Positions 19,558-30,088 of a DNA stretch of 64,000 bases are shown here, piece by piece (within the stretch, counting starts at the first letter, position 1; every line of letters starts with the position of its first letter). The notes below the pieces were generated by a model. The model was not told the origin of the DNA. It did no database searches and was given only the letters and a program-made list of their open reading frames with translations. The stretch comes from Promethearchaeota archaeon (GTDB lineage: Archaea > Asgardarchaeota > Lokiarchaeia > Sigyniarchaeales > SOKP01). A program made the translations under genes and the position numbers. Location: assembly GCA_019058245.1 (NCBI GenBank), contig JAHPZJ010000017.1, positions 55,113-119,112 on the forward strand, read 5' to 3'.

Positions 19558-20370
19558 ATGATACTGGAAAAAACTGTTGATCTAGTTAAAAATATTCATC
19601 AAGTTCACAAAATCATCCCCCCTAAAATAATTAAAGTTGTGATTGGACTAGGTTATACTTGTGTAGAGGTTTTTACTTATGCTTATAAAACCTTTTTAGG
19701 ATTAGCATCAACATTACCAAATATAATTTCGAATACAGATTGCAGTAAAATCAATTTTGCTGGTGAACTTACCAATTACTCTCTCAATGAGCTTTTAAGT
19801 TGGTCACTTGAAGTACCCAATCTTAAAAAAATCATAGGAATCGCAACATTGAATGCTGTTTCTCAACATATATTAAAATTCATGAATCCTTACCAAAAAA
19901 TTGAAAATAATTTATTATCTTTCCTTAATATTGATAAAAACACAAGTGTTACTTTTATAGGATTAATCAAGCCACTAATTAGAGATTGTAGTAAAATATC
20001 AAAAAAGATTACAATTATAGAGGATTCAATCGCAATAACGTCAGAATTTAAGAAATTTAAGAATAGAAATAATCTTAATCAATTAGAAGAGGATGAGCTT
20101 CAAACTGATATATTATTTTGTACGGGATCTGCATTAGTAAATAATACTATTGAATCAATTTTGGAAAAGTTTAGAAGGAGAGCTCAAAAAATAATTTTAA
20201 TTGGTCCCACTGCGAGTTTGATTCCTGATATTTTATTTGATAATGGTGTTGATATAGTTTCCGGGATGGAAATCATTGATTCAAGAGCAACAATACAAGT
20301 TGTGCAAGAAGGAGGAGGCACTAAATTATTTAAAAAGTATGGAAAAAAATATAACTTAATTAATGATTAA
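19558..20370 (+). CDS. DUF364/Rossmann-like domain protein
   Basis: IGIATLNAVSQ, FCTGSALVNNTIE, LIGPTAS..PDILFD.GVD. Confidence 0.8.
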   Translation: MILEKTVDLVKNIHQVHKIIPPKIIKVVIGLGYTCVEVFTYAYKTFLGLASTLPNIISNTDCSKINFAGELTNYSLNELLSWSLEVPNLKKIIGIATLNAVSQHILKFMNPYQKIENNLLSFLNIDKNTSVTFIGLIKPLIRDCSKISKKITIIEDSIAITSEFKKFKNRNNLNQLEEDELQTDILFCTGSALVNNTIESILEKFRRRAQKIILIGPTASLIPDILFDNGVDIVSGMEIIDSRATIQVVQEGGGTKLFKKYGKKYNLIND

Positions 20371-20517
20371 ATTGTTTTATTTTATTGTAGTTTTTCCATA
20401 ATTTTCAAATTGCGTTGAACTATATTAAAATAAAAATCATAATGAAATAGATTACTTTTATTTGGATTATAATATTTTTAAGAATTTTACTAAATTAGTT
20501 AGGGAGGTACATAATAA

Positions 20518-21048
20518 ATGTCTCAACAAATTTATACCTTTAAAACTATAGTAGTTGGTCCGGCAGCAGTAGGAAAATCCAGTCTTATACGTAGATTTGT
20601 AGAAAATAAGTTTTCTTTAAATTACAAATTCACAATAGGTGTTGATTTCATGAGTAAAAGTATAGACTTCGAAACAGGAAAATCTGCTAAACTTACACTA
20701 TGGGATATTGGAGGACAAGACCGGTTTAAAGTATTACGTAGAAGTTTTTATGAAGGAACCAATGGAGCGATTGGGGTATTTGATCTTTCGAGAGCTCAAA
20801 CTTTTTCAAAAATGAAAGAATGGGTTTCAGATGCACGTCAAACCATTGAAACTGATTTTCCAGTTATTATAATTGGAAATAAATCTGATTTAATTGCTGA
20901 TGTGGGGGTGGTTATTGATCGAAATGAGGTAAAACAATTCGCTGAGAAAGAAAAAACAATTTATATTGAGACTTCTGCTAAAACAGGAGACAATGTTGAA
21001 GAAGCTTTTCTTGAACTTACAAAAAGAATGATAAAAGAATGTTCTTAA
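20518..21048 (+). CDS. Rab-like small GTPase (1 of 3)
   Basis: G1 GPAAVGKS, switch I FTIGVDF, G3 WDIGGQ, G4 NKSD, G5 ETSAK. Confidence 0.93.
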   Translation: MSQQIYTFKTIVVGPAAVGKSSLIRRFVENKFSLNYKFTIGVDFMSKSIDFETGKSAKLTLWDIGGQDRFKVLRRSFYEGTNGAIGVFDLSRAQTFSKMKEWVSDARQTIETDFPVIIIGNKSDLIADVGVVIDRNEVKQFAEKEKTIYIETSAKTGDNVEEAFLELTKRMIKECS

Positions 21049-21254
21049 TTAATAAATAAGATAGAATTTACCATTAACTTAATTTGACTGTATATTTTTT
21101 ACTCTTTTTGAGGTCTCTAATTCTATTATTTTCAATTTCTGAGTTATTTTTATTTGAAAATTTAAGATATACTTTAATTTAAATATCGAAAAACATGAAT
21201 ATAAATTGATAAATTCTTATTCTTTGTTTACATAAAAAAGTATTTTCTACTCAA

Positions 21255-21779
21255 ATGACAGACTATACTTTTAAGATATTGGTTATTGGACCTGCTGCAG
21301 TAGGAAAATCTAGTTTAATACGACGATTTGTTGATAATGAGTTTTCATTTCAATATAAATTCACTATTGGGGTAGATTTTATGACTAAGAATATTGTTAA
21401 TAACCTAAATAAAAATATTAGACTAACCATTTGGGATATAGGTGGGCAAGATCGATTTAAAATATTACTACGGAGTTTTTACGATGGTGCACATGGGGCT
21501 ATAGTAGTTTTTGATCTCTCAAGACCCTTTACCTATTCAAAAATGAAAGATTGGATTTCTAATATGTACAAAATAATGCAAAAAAGAATCCCTATTGTAA
21601 TATTAGGAAATAAGCTGGATTTAGTAAGTGAAATTGGCGAAACAATAGATCGAAATGATCCTTATAAATACGCTGAGAAAGAACGTTACTTTTATTTAGA
21701 AACATCTGCTAAAACGGGGGAAAATGTAGATATAGCTTTCACAGAAATTACGCATAGAATTTTAGATAAAAATTATTAA
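21255..21779 (+). CDS. Rab-like small GTPase (2 of 3)
   Basis: GPAAVGKS, FTIGVDF, WDIGGQ, NKLD, ETSAK. Confidence 0.93.
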   Translation: MTDYTFKILVIGPAAVGKSSLIRRFVDNEFSFQYKFTIGVDFMTKNIVNNLNKNIRLTIWDIGGQDRFKILLRSFYDGAHGAIVVFDLSRPFTYSKMKDWISNMYKIMQKRIPIVILGNKLDLVSEIGETIDRNDPYKYAEKERYFYLETSAKTGENVDIAFTEITHRILDKNY

Positions 21780-21916
21780 TTTATAGTCTTCAAAAGTTTA
21801 TTTTATAATTCTTAGAATGAATTAAAGTCAATTTTTTTTTCTATTTAAATTCGATGATCTAGAAAATTTTTAAAAAGCTAACTAAGATAATTTATTAAAA
21901 GAAGTTTTGATACATT

Positions 21917-22453
21917 ATGACTCTTTATGTATTTAAAGTTTTAATAATAGGACCGGGAGCTGTAGGAAAAACTTCACTTTTACACAGATTTGTAGAAGAT
22001 AACTTCTCTTTTAGGTATAAATTAACGATTGGTGCGGATTTTTTATCTAAAGTTATTCAAGAATATCCAAAACCAGGATCAACAATAAAAATGCAAATAT
22101 GGGATATCGGAGGTCAAGAACGATATAAATTCCTAAGATCCAGCTTTTTTGATGGTGCTAATGGAGCATTAATAGTATTCGATTTATCTCGATGGCGTAC
22201 ATTTGAAGAAATCGATGAATGGTTATCAGATTTGTATGAATATGCAGGTGATGATGTCCCTTTTGCGTTAATAGGAAATAAGGCAGATCTAATTAACTCA
22301 AAAAACGAGCTTTACGAACGAGAAAGTGCTCAAGTATTTGCTAAGAAAGAAAATACATTTTACATAGAAACTTCAGCAAAAACAGGTGAAAAGGTAGAAG
22401 ATGCTTTTTTGAATTTGGCAGAATTAATGATTAAAAACATCCGTTCTAATTAA
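21917..22453 (+). CDS. Rab-like small GTPase (3 of 3)
   Basis: GPGAVGKT, LTIGADF, KMQIWDIGGQERY, NKAD, ETSAK. Confidence 0.93.
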   Translation: MTLYVFKVLIIGPGAVGKTSLLHRFVEDNFSFRYKLTIGADFLSKVIQEYPKPGSTIKMQIWDIGGQERYKFLRSSFFDGANGALIVFDLSRWRTFEEIDEWLSDLYEYAGDDVPFALIGNKADLINSKNELYERESAQVFAKKENTFYIETSAKTGEKVEDAFLNLAELMIKNIRSN

Positions 22454-22462
22454 GATATTCAT

Positions 22463-25400
22463 TTATTCTATTATTTTAAACAATGCAAATGATAGAATGT
22501 TTGTATAGAATTTGGATTTATTTCTTTTAATCATCTCATTTTTAAGATCTTCATATTCGAATGAAATGTCATCCAATTTCCTTTTGGTTAAGATAATATC
22601 CTTATTGATAAAATTAATTTCTTCTTCTAATTTTTTAATATTGTCTAATCGATCTTGTTTTTTCACCGCATCTGTTATTTTTTCTATATTATGTAGTTGT
22701 CTTGCTGTCGGCCTTTTATTATTATTTCGTTCCAATCTCTGATTTAATGATTCAAGTTTAAAATTTAAGGTTCTTTTTTTATGAGAATAAATTTTTTCTT
22801 TTTTTTTCATTTCTCGATCAAAGATCTTATCATTTAGAATTTTAATTTCTCTTTTCCAGTTTGATGTCTTTGATTTTATAATTTTTTTAGCTTTTTGTTG
22901 GAGTTCACTTATAAAGTTATAATCTAATGATATCATCTCTGGAGAATCTTTAAATAAAAAAATCTCATTGAAGTTTTTGATATCTAGAACTTTATCTGAT
23001 AAGTTTACAATTTCATTACCAGTGTTGTCGATAACTATTGCAATAATTTGATTTTCGATTATATAACCCTGAAATTTTACTGAAAAAATGAATAGATATA
23101 ACTCATCAGTACTGATTGATTTTAAATTCAATAATTTTTCCAATTCTTTCTTTTTAAGATATAAAACACTAAAATTACCATGAAATGATTCACTTTTAAT
23201 AAAATCTAAAATATTATTAATTAAAGGATGTCCTAAGGCAAAAAAATCAATTTCCTCTTTTTTCCTTGCAAGATCAAGATTAAATGTTCCAATATACTCT
23301 TTTGCAACGGTGTAATTGAAATTTTTTAATAAACTATCTTTGACTTCCATTTTTGATTTGAATTCATAATTTTTTTTCGCATCTTCAGAACTATCATACA
23401 TATCTTCAAAAGTTCCATAAAGGTGATTATCAAGATTGAAAAAATGCTTAATTAATAGGTATAGTTCATTATGGGTTAATTGTACATCTGTGCAAGATGC
23501 TAATGAACTTATAAGACCTTCCATCTGAAATGATCTTCTATCAATCATTAAATCATCTAATTGTATTTCAATTTCTTTTGCTCTTCTTATTTCTTCGTCA
23601 AGAGTTCTATAAAATTCGTTTAATTTCTTTCGTTTTTTCCCATTCTCTTCAGCGAAAATTACACCTTTGAAATCTTTTTCTATTGTTCCGATAATTGGTT
23701 CCAAAATTCCTATTGATTCTTCAAAAAGATTAATCCTTTTAATAATAGCATGTATTATGTCTGTTTCCACAGTTCCTTCCATAAATATATTGTAAATGTA
23801 TATTTCTTTTGATTCTTGACCAATTCTATCAAGTCTTCCTATCCTTTGTTCAAGTCTCATAGGATTCCAAGGTAAATCATAATTTATCAAAACACGACAG
23901 AATTGGAAATTTCGCCCTTCACCACCGATTTCAGTAGAAATTAAGATTGAAAATTTTTGGCTTGATCTGAATCTTTCAACTGCTTCATCTTTTTGCAGCT
24001 TATCTAATCCTCCATAAAACAATTCAACTGTATAGTCATGATCAAGACTCTCAATCAATGATTTAATAAATTTTAATGTATCAACGAACTGAGTAAAGAT
24101 AATAATCTTTTCTTTATGATTTTGTGAATAGATTTGGTTTATTATTTCTATTAATTTATCTGATTTTGAATCATAGGGTAAAGCTTTTAATTTATCATAA
24201 AATTCTTTTAAAATTTTCTCTTGATTGAAAAGATTTACTGCTTCTTCTTTTTTTTTCTTGAATTCTTTATTATCAAAAAAATCAATTCGTTCTATATCGA
24301 GATATTGATCCTCTAGTTCTGATTCGTAATATTCAGGATCCTCCTGTTTAATTATAGCAGGATCAAGAAAAATGTCTTTATACCTGTCAATTTGTTCAAG
24401 TCTTCTTTCCAAGCTTTTCAAAAACGCGAACTTAGAACTTGTTAATAATTTTTGTAATGTGGTTATAATAAAACCAATTCCCACATTATCTTTACTTACA
24501 GAAGAATTATAAATTTTAGCTAGATATAAGCGGATTTCATTATAAATGTCTAATTCTTGTTGATTGGGATTAACCATAATCGTATTTACTATTCTTTTAT
24601 TTATTAACTCTTTAGAAAATACGTTTTTTTTCCGATTTCTAATTAAAAATTTAGATAATGTATGATCTTCTTCAATTCTTCTTACTAAGTTTGATTTAAA
24701 GGAACTATTTTGAATTTGAGATAGTATCTGGTTAATTTCCCTTTTTTTATCAATATATCTGAGATCTTTTAGAAGTTTTATCGTGTTTTTTACTTCAAAA
24801 TTATTCAGCTTATCAAGATTATTCAAATTTGAAATCAGTAAATTAATAAAGGGCATGTTTTTTCTAAAATGCTCAAAATCACTGAAATTTTCAAAAACGT
24901 CTGGATGAATAAGCTCAATTAGAGAAAATAATTCAAATGAGTGAAGTTGTAAAGGAGTAGCAGTCAATAAAAGCATACCTTCCGAATTGATACTTAATTT
25001 TTTCGCTAATTCATAGTTAAGAGTTTCTCGAAAGTTTCCAGTCATTGCATTAATTAAATACCTTCTTAAATGGTGAGCTTCGTCAAAAATTACAATGTCC
25101 CAATTGATATTGGATAAGAGTTCGATATATTTTCTACTTCGCGCAAATTGAAGTGAACAAATAATTAGATTATCATAATAAAAAGGATTCTGGAGAATTT
25201 CTAGATGTTTATAATTTCCCTTATTTTTTAGTTCTTTAACTTTTTTACCGTCATATATAGTGAAATTGATATTAAATTTATTTTGCATTTCAAACTGCCA
25301 TTGTTTCACTAAGGATGCGGGAACTATAATTAAGATACGCTCTGCTAAATCTCTTGCCATCATTTCTTTAATATATATGCCAGCTTCAATTGTTTTTCCA

Positions 25401-26071
25401 AGCCCAACTTCGTCAGCTAAAATAATTCTTGGAAAATGCTCTTCAGATAAACGATGTGTAACATTTATCTGGTGAGGCATTAATGACAAGCGCGAATTCG
25501 TAATACATTTGATTTGATATGATTTATAATAAGAATAAAACAAATTTGCCCAATATTTAATCAAAAAATTTTTAGGAGGATCGATTATCTGCTTTGAAAT
25601 AAGACTTTTAATGGGTGTTTCATATTTAGAATAAATTTCATTTTCAAAAATCTGAGATTTTTTACCATTTTCCATTAAAAGTTCATAAGAAATTATTCCA
25701 TCCTTAATCAGGAAATCCTTTTTATTTATATAACCAATACCTTGTTTAGTAACAATTTGATCATCTTTTTCAAATATATAATGAATGAGATCAATTGGAT
25801 GGATTAACTTAATTATGTTATTTCTGAAAGAGACCTTAAATTTAGTAATAAAATAAGTATCATCTTCATCCAAAGATTTTGAAGTAGGGATTTCTATTTT
25901 TTTTATTACTCTTCCTATTCCTAAATCAGGATTTAACCTATATATAACTAGGTTACCTACATTAAATTTTTGCCCTTGACAATATATATTAAAACATTTA
26001 AAAAATCTTGATTCTAGTTCTTTTCCACAGAAGGAGCAGTTATATTTATGAGGACTTATATTTAAAACCAT
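22463..26071 (-). CDS. SNF2-family helicase, RapA/HepA-like, with N-terminal Cys4 motif and C-terminal coiled coil
   Basis: LADEVGLGKTIEAG, DEAHH, LTATP, STEIGGEGRNFQF, YDLPWNPMRLEQRIGRLDRIGQ, GHPLI; N-terminal CSFC...CFNIYC. Confidence 0.9.
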   Translation of the reverse strand: MVLNISPHKYNCSFCGKELESRFFKCFNIYCQGQKFNVGNLVIYRLNPDLGIGRVIKKIEIPTSKSLDEDDTYFITKFKVSFRNNIIKLIHPIDLIHYIFEKDDQIVTKQGIGYINKKDFLIKDGIISYELLMENGKKSQIFENEIYSKYETPIKSLISKQIIDPPKNFLIKYWANLFYSYYKSYQIKCITNSRLSLMPHQINVTHRLSEEHFPRIILADEVGLGKTIEAGIYIKEMMARDLAERILIIVPASLVKQWQFEMQNKFNINFTIYDGKKVKELKNKGNYKHLEILQNPFYYDNLIICSLQFARSRKYIELLSNINWDIVIFDEAHHLRRYLINAMTGNFRETLNYELAKKLSINSEGMLLLTATPLQLHSFELFSLIELIHPDVFENFSDFEHFRKNMPFINLLISNLNNLDKLNNFEVKNTIKLLKDLRYIDKKREINQILSQIQNSSFKSNLVRRIEEDHTLSKFLIRNRKKNVFSKELINKRIVNTIMVNPNQQELDIYNEIRLYLAKIYNSSVSKDNVGIGFIITTLQKLLTSSKFAFLKSLERRLEQIDRYKDIFLDPAIIKQEDPEYYESELEDQYLDIERIDFFDNKEFKKKKEEAVNLFNQEKILKEFYDKLKALPYDSKSDKLIEIINQIYSQNHKEKIIIFTQFVDTLKFIKSLIESLDHDYTVELFYGGLDKLQKDEAVERFRSSQKFSILISTEIGGEGRNFQFCRVLINYDLPWNPMRLEQRIGRLDRIGQESKEIYIYNIFMEGTVETDIIHAIIKRINLFEESIGILEPIIGTIEKDFKGVIFAEENGKKRKKLNEFYRTLDEEIRRAKEIEIQLDDLMIDRRSFQMEGLISSLASCTDVQLTHNELYLLIKHFFNLDNHLYGTFEDMYDSSEDAKKNYEFKSKMEVKDSLLKNFNYTVAKEYIGTFNLDLARKKEEIDFFALGHPLINNILDFIKSESFHGNFSVLYLKKKELEKLLNLKSISTDELYLFIFSVKFQGYIIENQIIAIVIDNTGNEIVNLSDKVLDIKNFNEIFLFKDSPEMISLDYNFISELQQKAKKIIKSKTSNWKREIKILNDKIFDREMKKKEKIYSHKKRTLNFKLESLNQRLERNNNKRPTARQLHNIEKITDAVKKQDRLDNIKKLEEEINFINKDIILTKRKLDDISFEYEDLKNEMIKRNKSKFYTNILSFALFKIIE

Positions 26072-26140
26072 TATCTTTATATTATAATTAATATAGGGAC
26101 AAGTAAAAATTTTAGTATTTTAAATAAAAAGTGATAGAAA

Positions 26141-27001
26141 ATGTCAGATGCCGGGATTGAACCTACTTACATTGGCAAAAATGAAAATCTTGTTTTTGTT
26201 ATTCCTAATAAGCTATTTAACATGAGTTTAGGTCCAGAAGAAGCTTTAAATCGAGAATCAGCTAAATTGCTTAGTAAATATCTTAGAGGAATTTTTAAAG
26301 GATTCCAACAGGCAAGGAAAACAAAGTATGGTAATGAAAACAATCAAAAAACAACAGTTTCATCAGATTTTTGGGAGAAATTTGAAAAAAAGGCAAAACA
26401 ACTTGAAGTCGATCTCATTGGATATACACCTGTAAATAAAAATTATATTTTTAAAAGTTTGAAGGTATATGGTAAAAATGCTGTAATACTTGGAATGGAA
26501 ATGAAATGGGATAAAATTAAACAGGCTCCTGGAGCTATTTGTGAAATAGAAGCATTTCGAGTCTATAAAGTTCTAGGTGACATTACAATTCAATTAACAG
26601 AATATCTAAAAAATCAAGGTTATAAAAGTGAAACTCACCATCCATTTGGAGGAAAACTTCTGTTTGGACCTCATGCTTCTGCAGCAAATTTGGGTATTAT
26701 GGGACGAAACGGATTAATAATATCACCTGAATTTGGCCCCCGACAAAGATGGAGCATAATTACTACTGATGCTGAGATTCCTAATACAAAAAAGAGAGAT
26801 TTTACTGATTTAAAAGAATTCTGTGAAAAATGTGGTGCCTGTGTACGAAATTGTAAAGGAGATTCTGTTTACGAAACACCGATAAAAAAAGAAAATGGTA
26901 TAATTACACATATAGATCGATCTAAATGTATTCAAAGTATATTAGATAATAATTATTGTAGTTATTGCCTTAAGATTTGTATGCCTCAAAATCATTCTTA
27001 A
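26141..27001 (+). CDS. Reductive dehalogenase/epoxyqueuosine reductase-like 4Fe-4S protein
   Basis: AANLGIMGRNGLIISPEFGPRQRWSIITTD followed by FCEKCGACVRNC and KC...YCSYCLKIC. Confidence 0.78.
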   Translation: MSDAGIEPTYIGKNENLVFVIPNKLFNMSLGPEEALNRESAKLLSKYLRGIFKGFQQARKTKYGNENNQKTTVSSDFWEKFEKKAKQLEVDLIGYTPVNKNYIFKSLKVYGKNAVILGMEMKWDKIKQAPGAICEIEAFRVYKVLGDITIQLTEYLKNQGYKSETHHPFGGKLLFGPHASAANLGIMGRNGLIISPEFGPRQRWSIITTDAEIPNTKKRDFTDLKEFCEKCGACVRNCKGDSVYETPIKKENGIITHIDRSKCIQSILDNNYCSYCLKICMPQNHS

Positions 27002-27089
27002 ATTTAAGGATAATATTTTTATAATAGTTATATTCAAATTAAAATGACCTTTTAATTAAACAATAATAAATCTATTTTCTTGAAATAAA

Positions 27090-29852
27090 ATGACTGAATC
27101 TAATAATAAAATACCTGGTGATAAAATCAAAGGAAAAGATTCAATCGAGATACTTAAAAAAGTTAATACTGCAGCTAATTATTGTTATAATTGTAATCGT
27201 TGTAATAATGTATGTCCAACTGCTTTTCTCGATATCTTTTATCCGCGTAGTCTAATTACAGATTTAACTTTTCTAACACCAGAGGAAGCTTTGCAAAATA
27301 ATGATATTTGGAAGTGTCTCACATGTGGTTTATGTTCAATCTATTGCCCCATGACTAAAGAAAGCACTGGAGTAAATTTTACGCAAATTATTAAGGATCT
27401 TCGATCTCTTGCTTCAGATTATAAGCCATTACAAGAGGGATTATTAAGTTGTAATCATGAGAGGGTATATTCTAGTCTACCGAAATTAATGGCTGAAGAC
27501 AAAATTAAATTTACTAATAAGATTGGTTTTCTTGATGGAACAGGATTAAAGACGACATATAAAGGAGAAATTGGTTATTTTATGGGATGTGTTCCCTTTT
27601 TAACAGGTGCGGCTCCTTGTGTTGTAGGATGCCCTGCTGGAGTAGACGTTCAAGGATACGTCTCGCTTATAGCAGAAGGTAAATTCCAAGAAGCTCTCGA
27701 TCTTATTAGAGAAACTAATCCATTACCATATTTATGTGGGAGAATTTGTACAGCTCAATGTGCATTAAATTGTAACCGTCAATATTTCGATGATCCCGTA
27801 GCTATTCGTGAACTTAAAAGATTTGTTTGTGATTGGGAAAAAGAGCATCCTAACCAAAGCAGAATAAAACCAGTTCCACAGACTAAGGAGAAGGTTGCCA
27901 TTATTGGAGCTGGACCAGGAGGATTATCAGCAGCATATTTCCTTGCAAGAATGGGATATAAACCTACAATTTTCGAGAAAGGAGATAAAATTGGCGGCGT
28001 AGTAAGATATGGAGTCCCACAATATAGACTTTCTGATGAAGCATTTGACCAAGACATTAAATTCATAAAGAGTATGGGTGTGGAAATTGTTTTAAACAAA
28101 GAATTTGGTCCCAATTATACCTTAGAAGATATTTGGAAAGACGGATATAAAGCAGTCTTCATTGCTGTAGGTTTATATGTACCAAAAACTCTTAGACTCG
28201 AAGGAGAAAACTTACCTAATGTAGATGTTGCAATTGATTTTCTGCTAGAACGAAAATATAAGTGTGCTGAAAATCCAGAAGAGTTTAAAGGCAAAACTTT
28301 TGGTATTATTGGAGGTGGTGCAGTTGCAATAGATGTTGCTGAGACAGTAGTCCGACTTGGAGCAACTAAAGCGAATTTAGTTGACATATTAAGTGAAGAT
28401 GCTCTTAAAAATATACTTAAAGATTTACATGAAGCTGAACGAGAAGTAATTGAATATCATTTTGAAACATCTACAGCTAAGATCACTCAAGAACCAGATG
28501 AAAAATTAGCATTAAATTGTTATAAAATTGAATGGGGAGACCCTGATCCCCAAACTGGGAGAAGACCACTGAATAAAATTATTGGTTCAGAATATAAAAT
28601 TATTGTTGACTATATTGTGATAGCAATAGGGCAAGGTCTTAATGCAGAACCACTTCTTGTTGCTACTGAAAGCCAGTTAAATATTGATAGGGGAAAAGTT
28701 ATAGTTGATAATCTAACCTATGAAACTAGCATTCCAGGAGTTTTTGCTGGCGGAGATATCATTAATAACTCATTAATGTGTGCTGTCGATGCTATTGGTG
28801 ATGGAAGGGAAGCGGCTTATTCGATTGACAGATATCTCCGAGGAATTGATTTAAAAGAAGGAAGAATTAGAAAGAATGATCTAAAAAGGTCTACTATACC
28901 TAAAAAATATATTCAAGTTCAAGCATGTCAAGACATGAATTATATACCTGGTCCTGAGCGATTGGCTTGTTTTGATGAAATGGAGTTAGGATTTACTGAG
29001 AAACAAGCGAAAGAAGAATCTAATCGATGTTTGAATTGTAATTGTTGCTGTAATTCTGATCAAATCCCAGAGGATTATGACAATGCGCTTGATCCTTCTG
29101 GAATTATGATATGTGATTATGGAAATCAAAATATGTGGCCTTCAATAAATGCACCTAATTATTATAATATTCCCAAAAGTGTAATAGGTTTATTAAACCA
29201 AAATGATATAGTTCCTGTTGTTTTACCAGAAGAAAAATGTTGTGGACATGATGCTCTTTGGCGTGGAGATTTTGAAACATTTAAATCTCTCGCGGAATAT
29301 AATGTTAAATTATTTAAAGATGCGGGAGTTAAGACGCTAGTCTTTAGCTGCGCTGAAGGATATTATACGTGGAAACATGAATATAAAAATTTGTTTAAAA
29401 GTAGTAATGACTTCGATTTTGAGATATATCATATTACTGAATATATTTTAAAAAAAAATCTACTAGAAAGTATAACATTTCCTGACTATGAAAAAATTAA
29501 AGTAACTTACCATGATCCTTGTAGACTTGGGAGAATGAGCGGCGTTTTTGATGCTCCTCGTGAAGTATTAAAACTTATACCTTCCATAGAATTAGTTGAA
29601 ATGGAGGATACAAAGCAAGATGCAGAATGTTGTGGTGTTTCTGCATATATTTCATGTAATCAAGATTCGAAAAAATTACAGGAAAAAAAAATATTAAGCG
29701 CAATAGAAACTGGAGCAAAATATCTTATTACAGCATGCCCTAAATGTATTGCTCATTTAAATTGCTATCTAAACGAGAATAGAGAATTAAAAAATAAAAT
29801 GGAAGTTGTCGATATCGTTAGCTTTCTTGGAAAATTACTCTTTTTAATTTAA
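27090..29852 (+). CDS. HdrC/HdrD-like (4Fe-4S plus CCG domains) protein with inserted GltD/NfnB-like FAD/NAD(P) oxidoreductase module
   Basis: CYNCNRCNNVCP and WKCLTCGLCSIYCP; YFMGC; APCVVGCPAG...CGRICTAQC...IGAGPGGL...GVFAGGD...RCLNC; EKCCGH...FSCAEG; YHDPCRLGR...ECCG...TACPKC. Confidence 0.88.
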   Translation: MTESNNKIPGDKIKGKDSIEILKKVNTAANYCYNCNRCNNVCPTAFLDIFYPRSLITDLTFLTPEEALQNNDIWKCLTCGLCSIYCPMTKESTGVNFTQIIKDLRSLASDYKPLQEGLLSCNHERVYSSLPKLMAEDKIKFTNKIGFLDGTGLKTTYKGEIGYFMGCVPFLTGAAPCVVGCPAGVDVQGYVSLIAEGKFQEALDLIRETNPLPYLCGRICTAQCALNCNRQYFDDPVAIRELKRFVCDWEKEHPNQSRIKPVPQTKEKVAIIGAGPGGLSAAYFLARMGYKPTIFEKGDKIGGVVRYGVPQYRLSDEAFDQDIKFIKSMGVEIVLNKEFGPNYTLEDIWKDGYKAVFIAVGLYVPKTLRLEGENLPNVDVAIDFLLERKYKCAENPEEFKGKTFGIIGGGAVAIDVAETVVRLGATKANLVDILSEDALKNILKDLHEAEREVIEYHFETSTAKITQEPDEKLALNCYKIEWGDPDPQTGRRPLNKIIGSEYKIIVDYIVIAIGQGLNAEPLLVATESQLNIDRGKVIVDNLTYETSIPGVFAGGDIINNSLMCAVDAIGDGREAAYSIDRYLRGIDLKEGRIRKNDLKRSTIPKKYIQVQACQDMNYIPGPERLACFDEMELGFTEKQAKEESNRCLNCNCCCNSDQIPEDYDNALDPSGIMICDYGNQNMWPSINAPNYYNIPKSVIGLLNQNDIVPVVLPEEKCCGHDALWRGDFETFKSLAEYNVKLFKDAGVKTLVFSCAEGYYTWKHEYKNLFKSSNDFDFEIYHITEYILKKNLLESITFPDYEKIKVTYHDPCRLGRMSGVFDAPREVLKLIPSIELVEMEDTKQDAECCGVSAYISCNQDSKKLQEKKILSAIETGAKYLITACPKCIAHLNCYLNENRELKNKMEVVDIVSFLGKLLFLI

Positions 29853-30088
29853 TTTTCATTTTTGAATAAAATCTTAAATAGTTCTAAATAATAATCTATT
29901 TATAGTTTTTCTTTTACAAATTTGTATATATTCCTATTTTATTTCCCAATTAATTACATAAAAGTGCTGGTTATTAATTTAATATGGGAGATTTTTTAGA
30001 TTAACAAGTAACCTTTAAAATTTTGATAATTTATTTTTAATATCTATAATCTATTCAAAATATAAATATACAACTAGTTGTAAAAAAC

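Noticed and set aside
29942-29991. Possible Moco/Wco riboswitch-like fold upstream of aor (TCCCA...TGGGA)
   Set aside because: Pairing is short and mostly A/T, and no recognisable riboswitch consensus is present; would need an Infernal/Rfam search.
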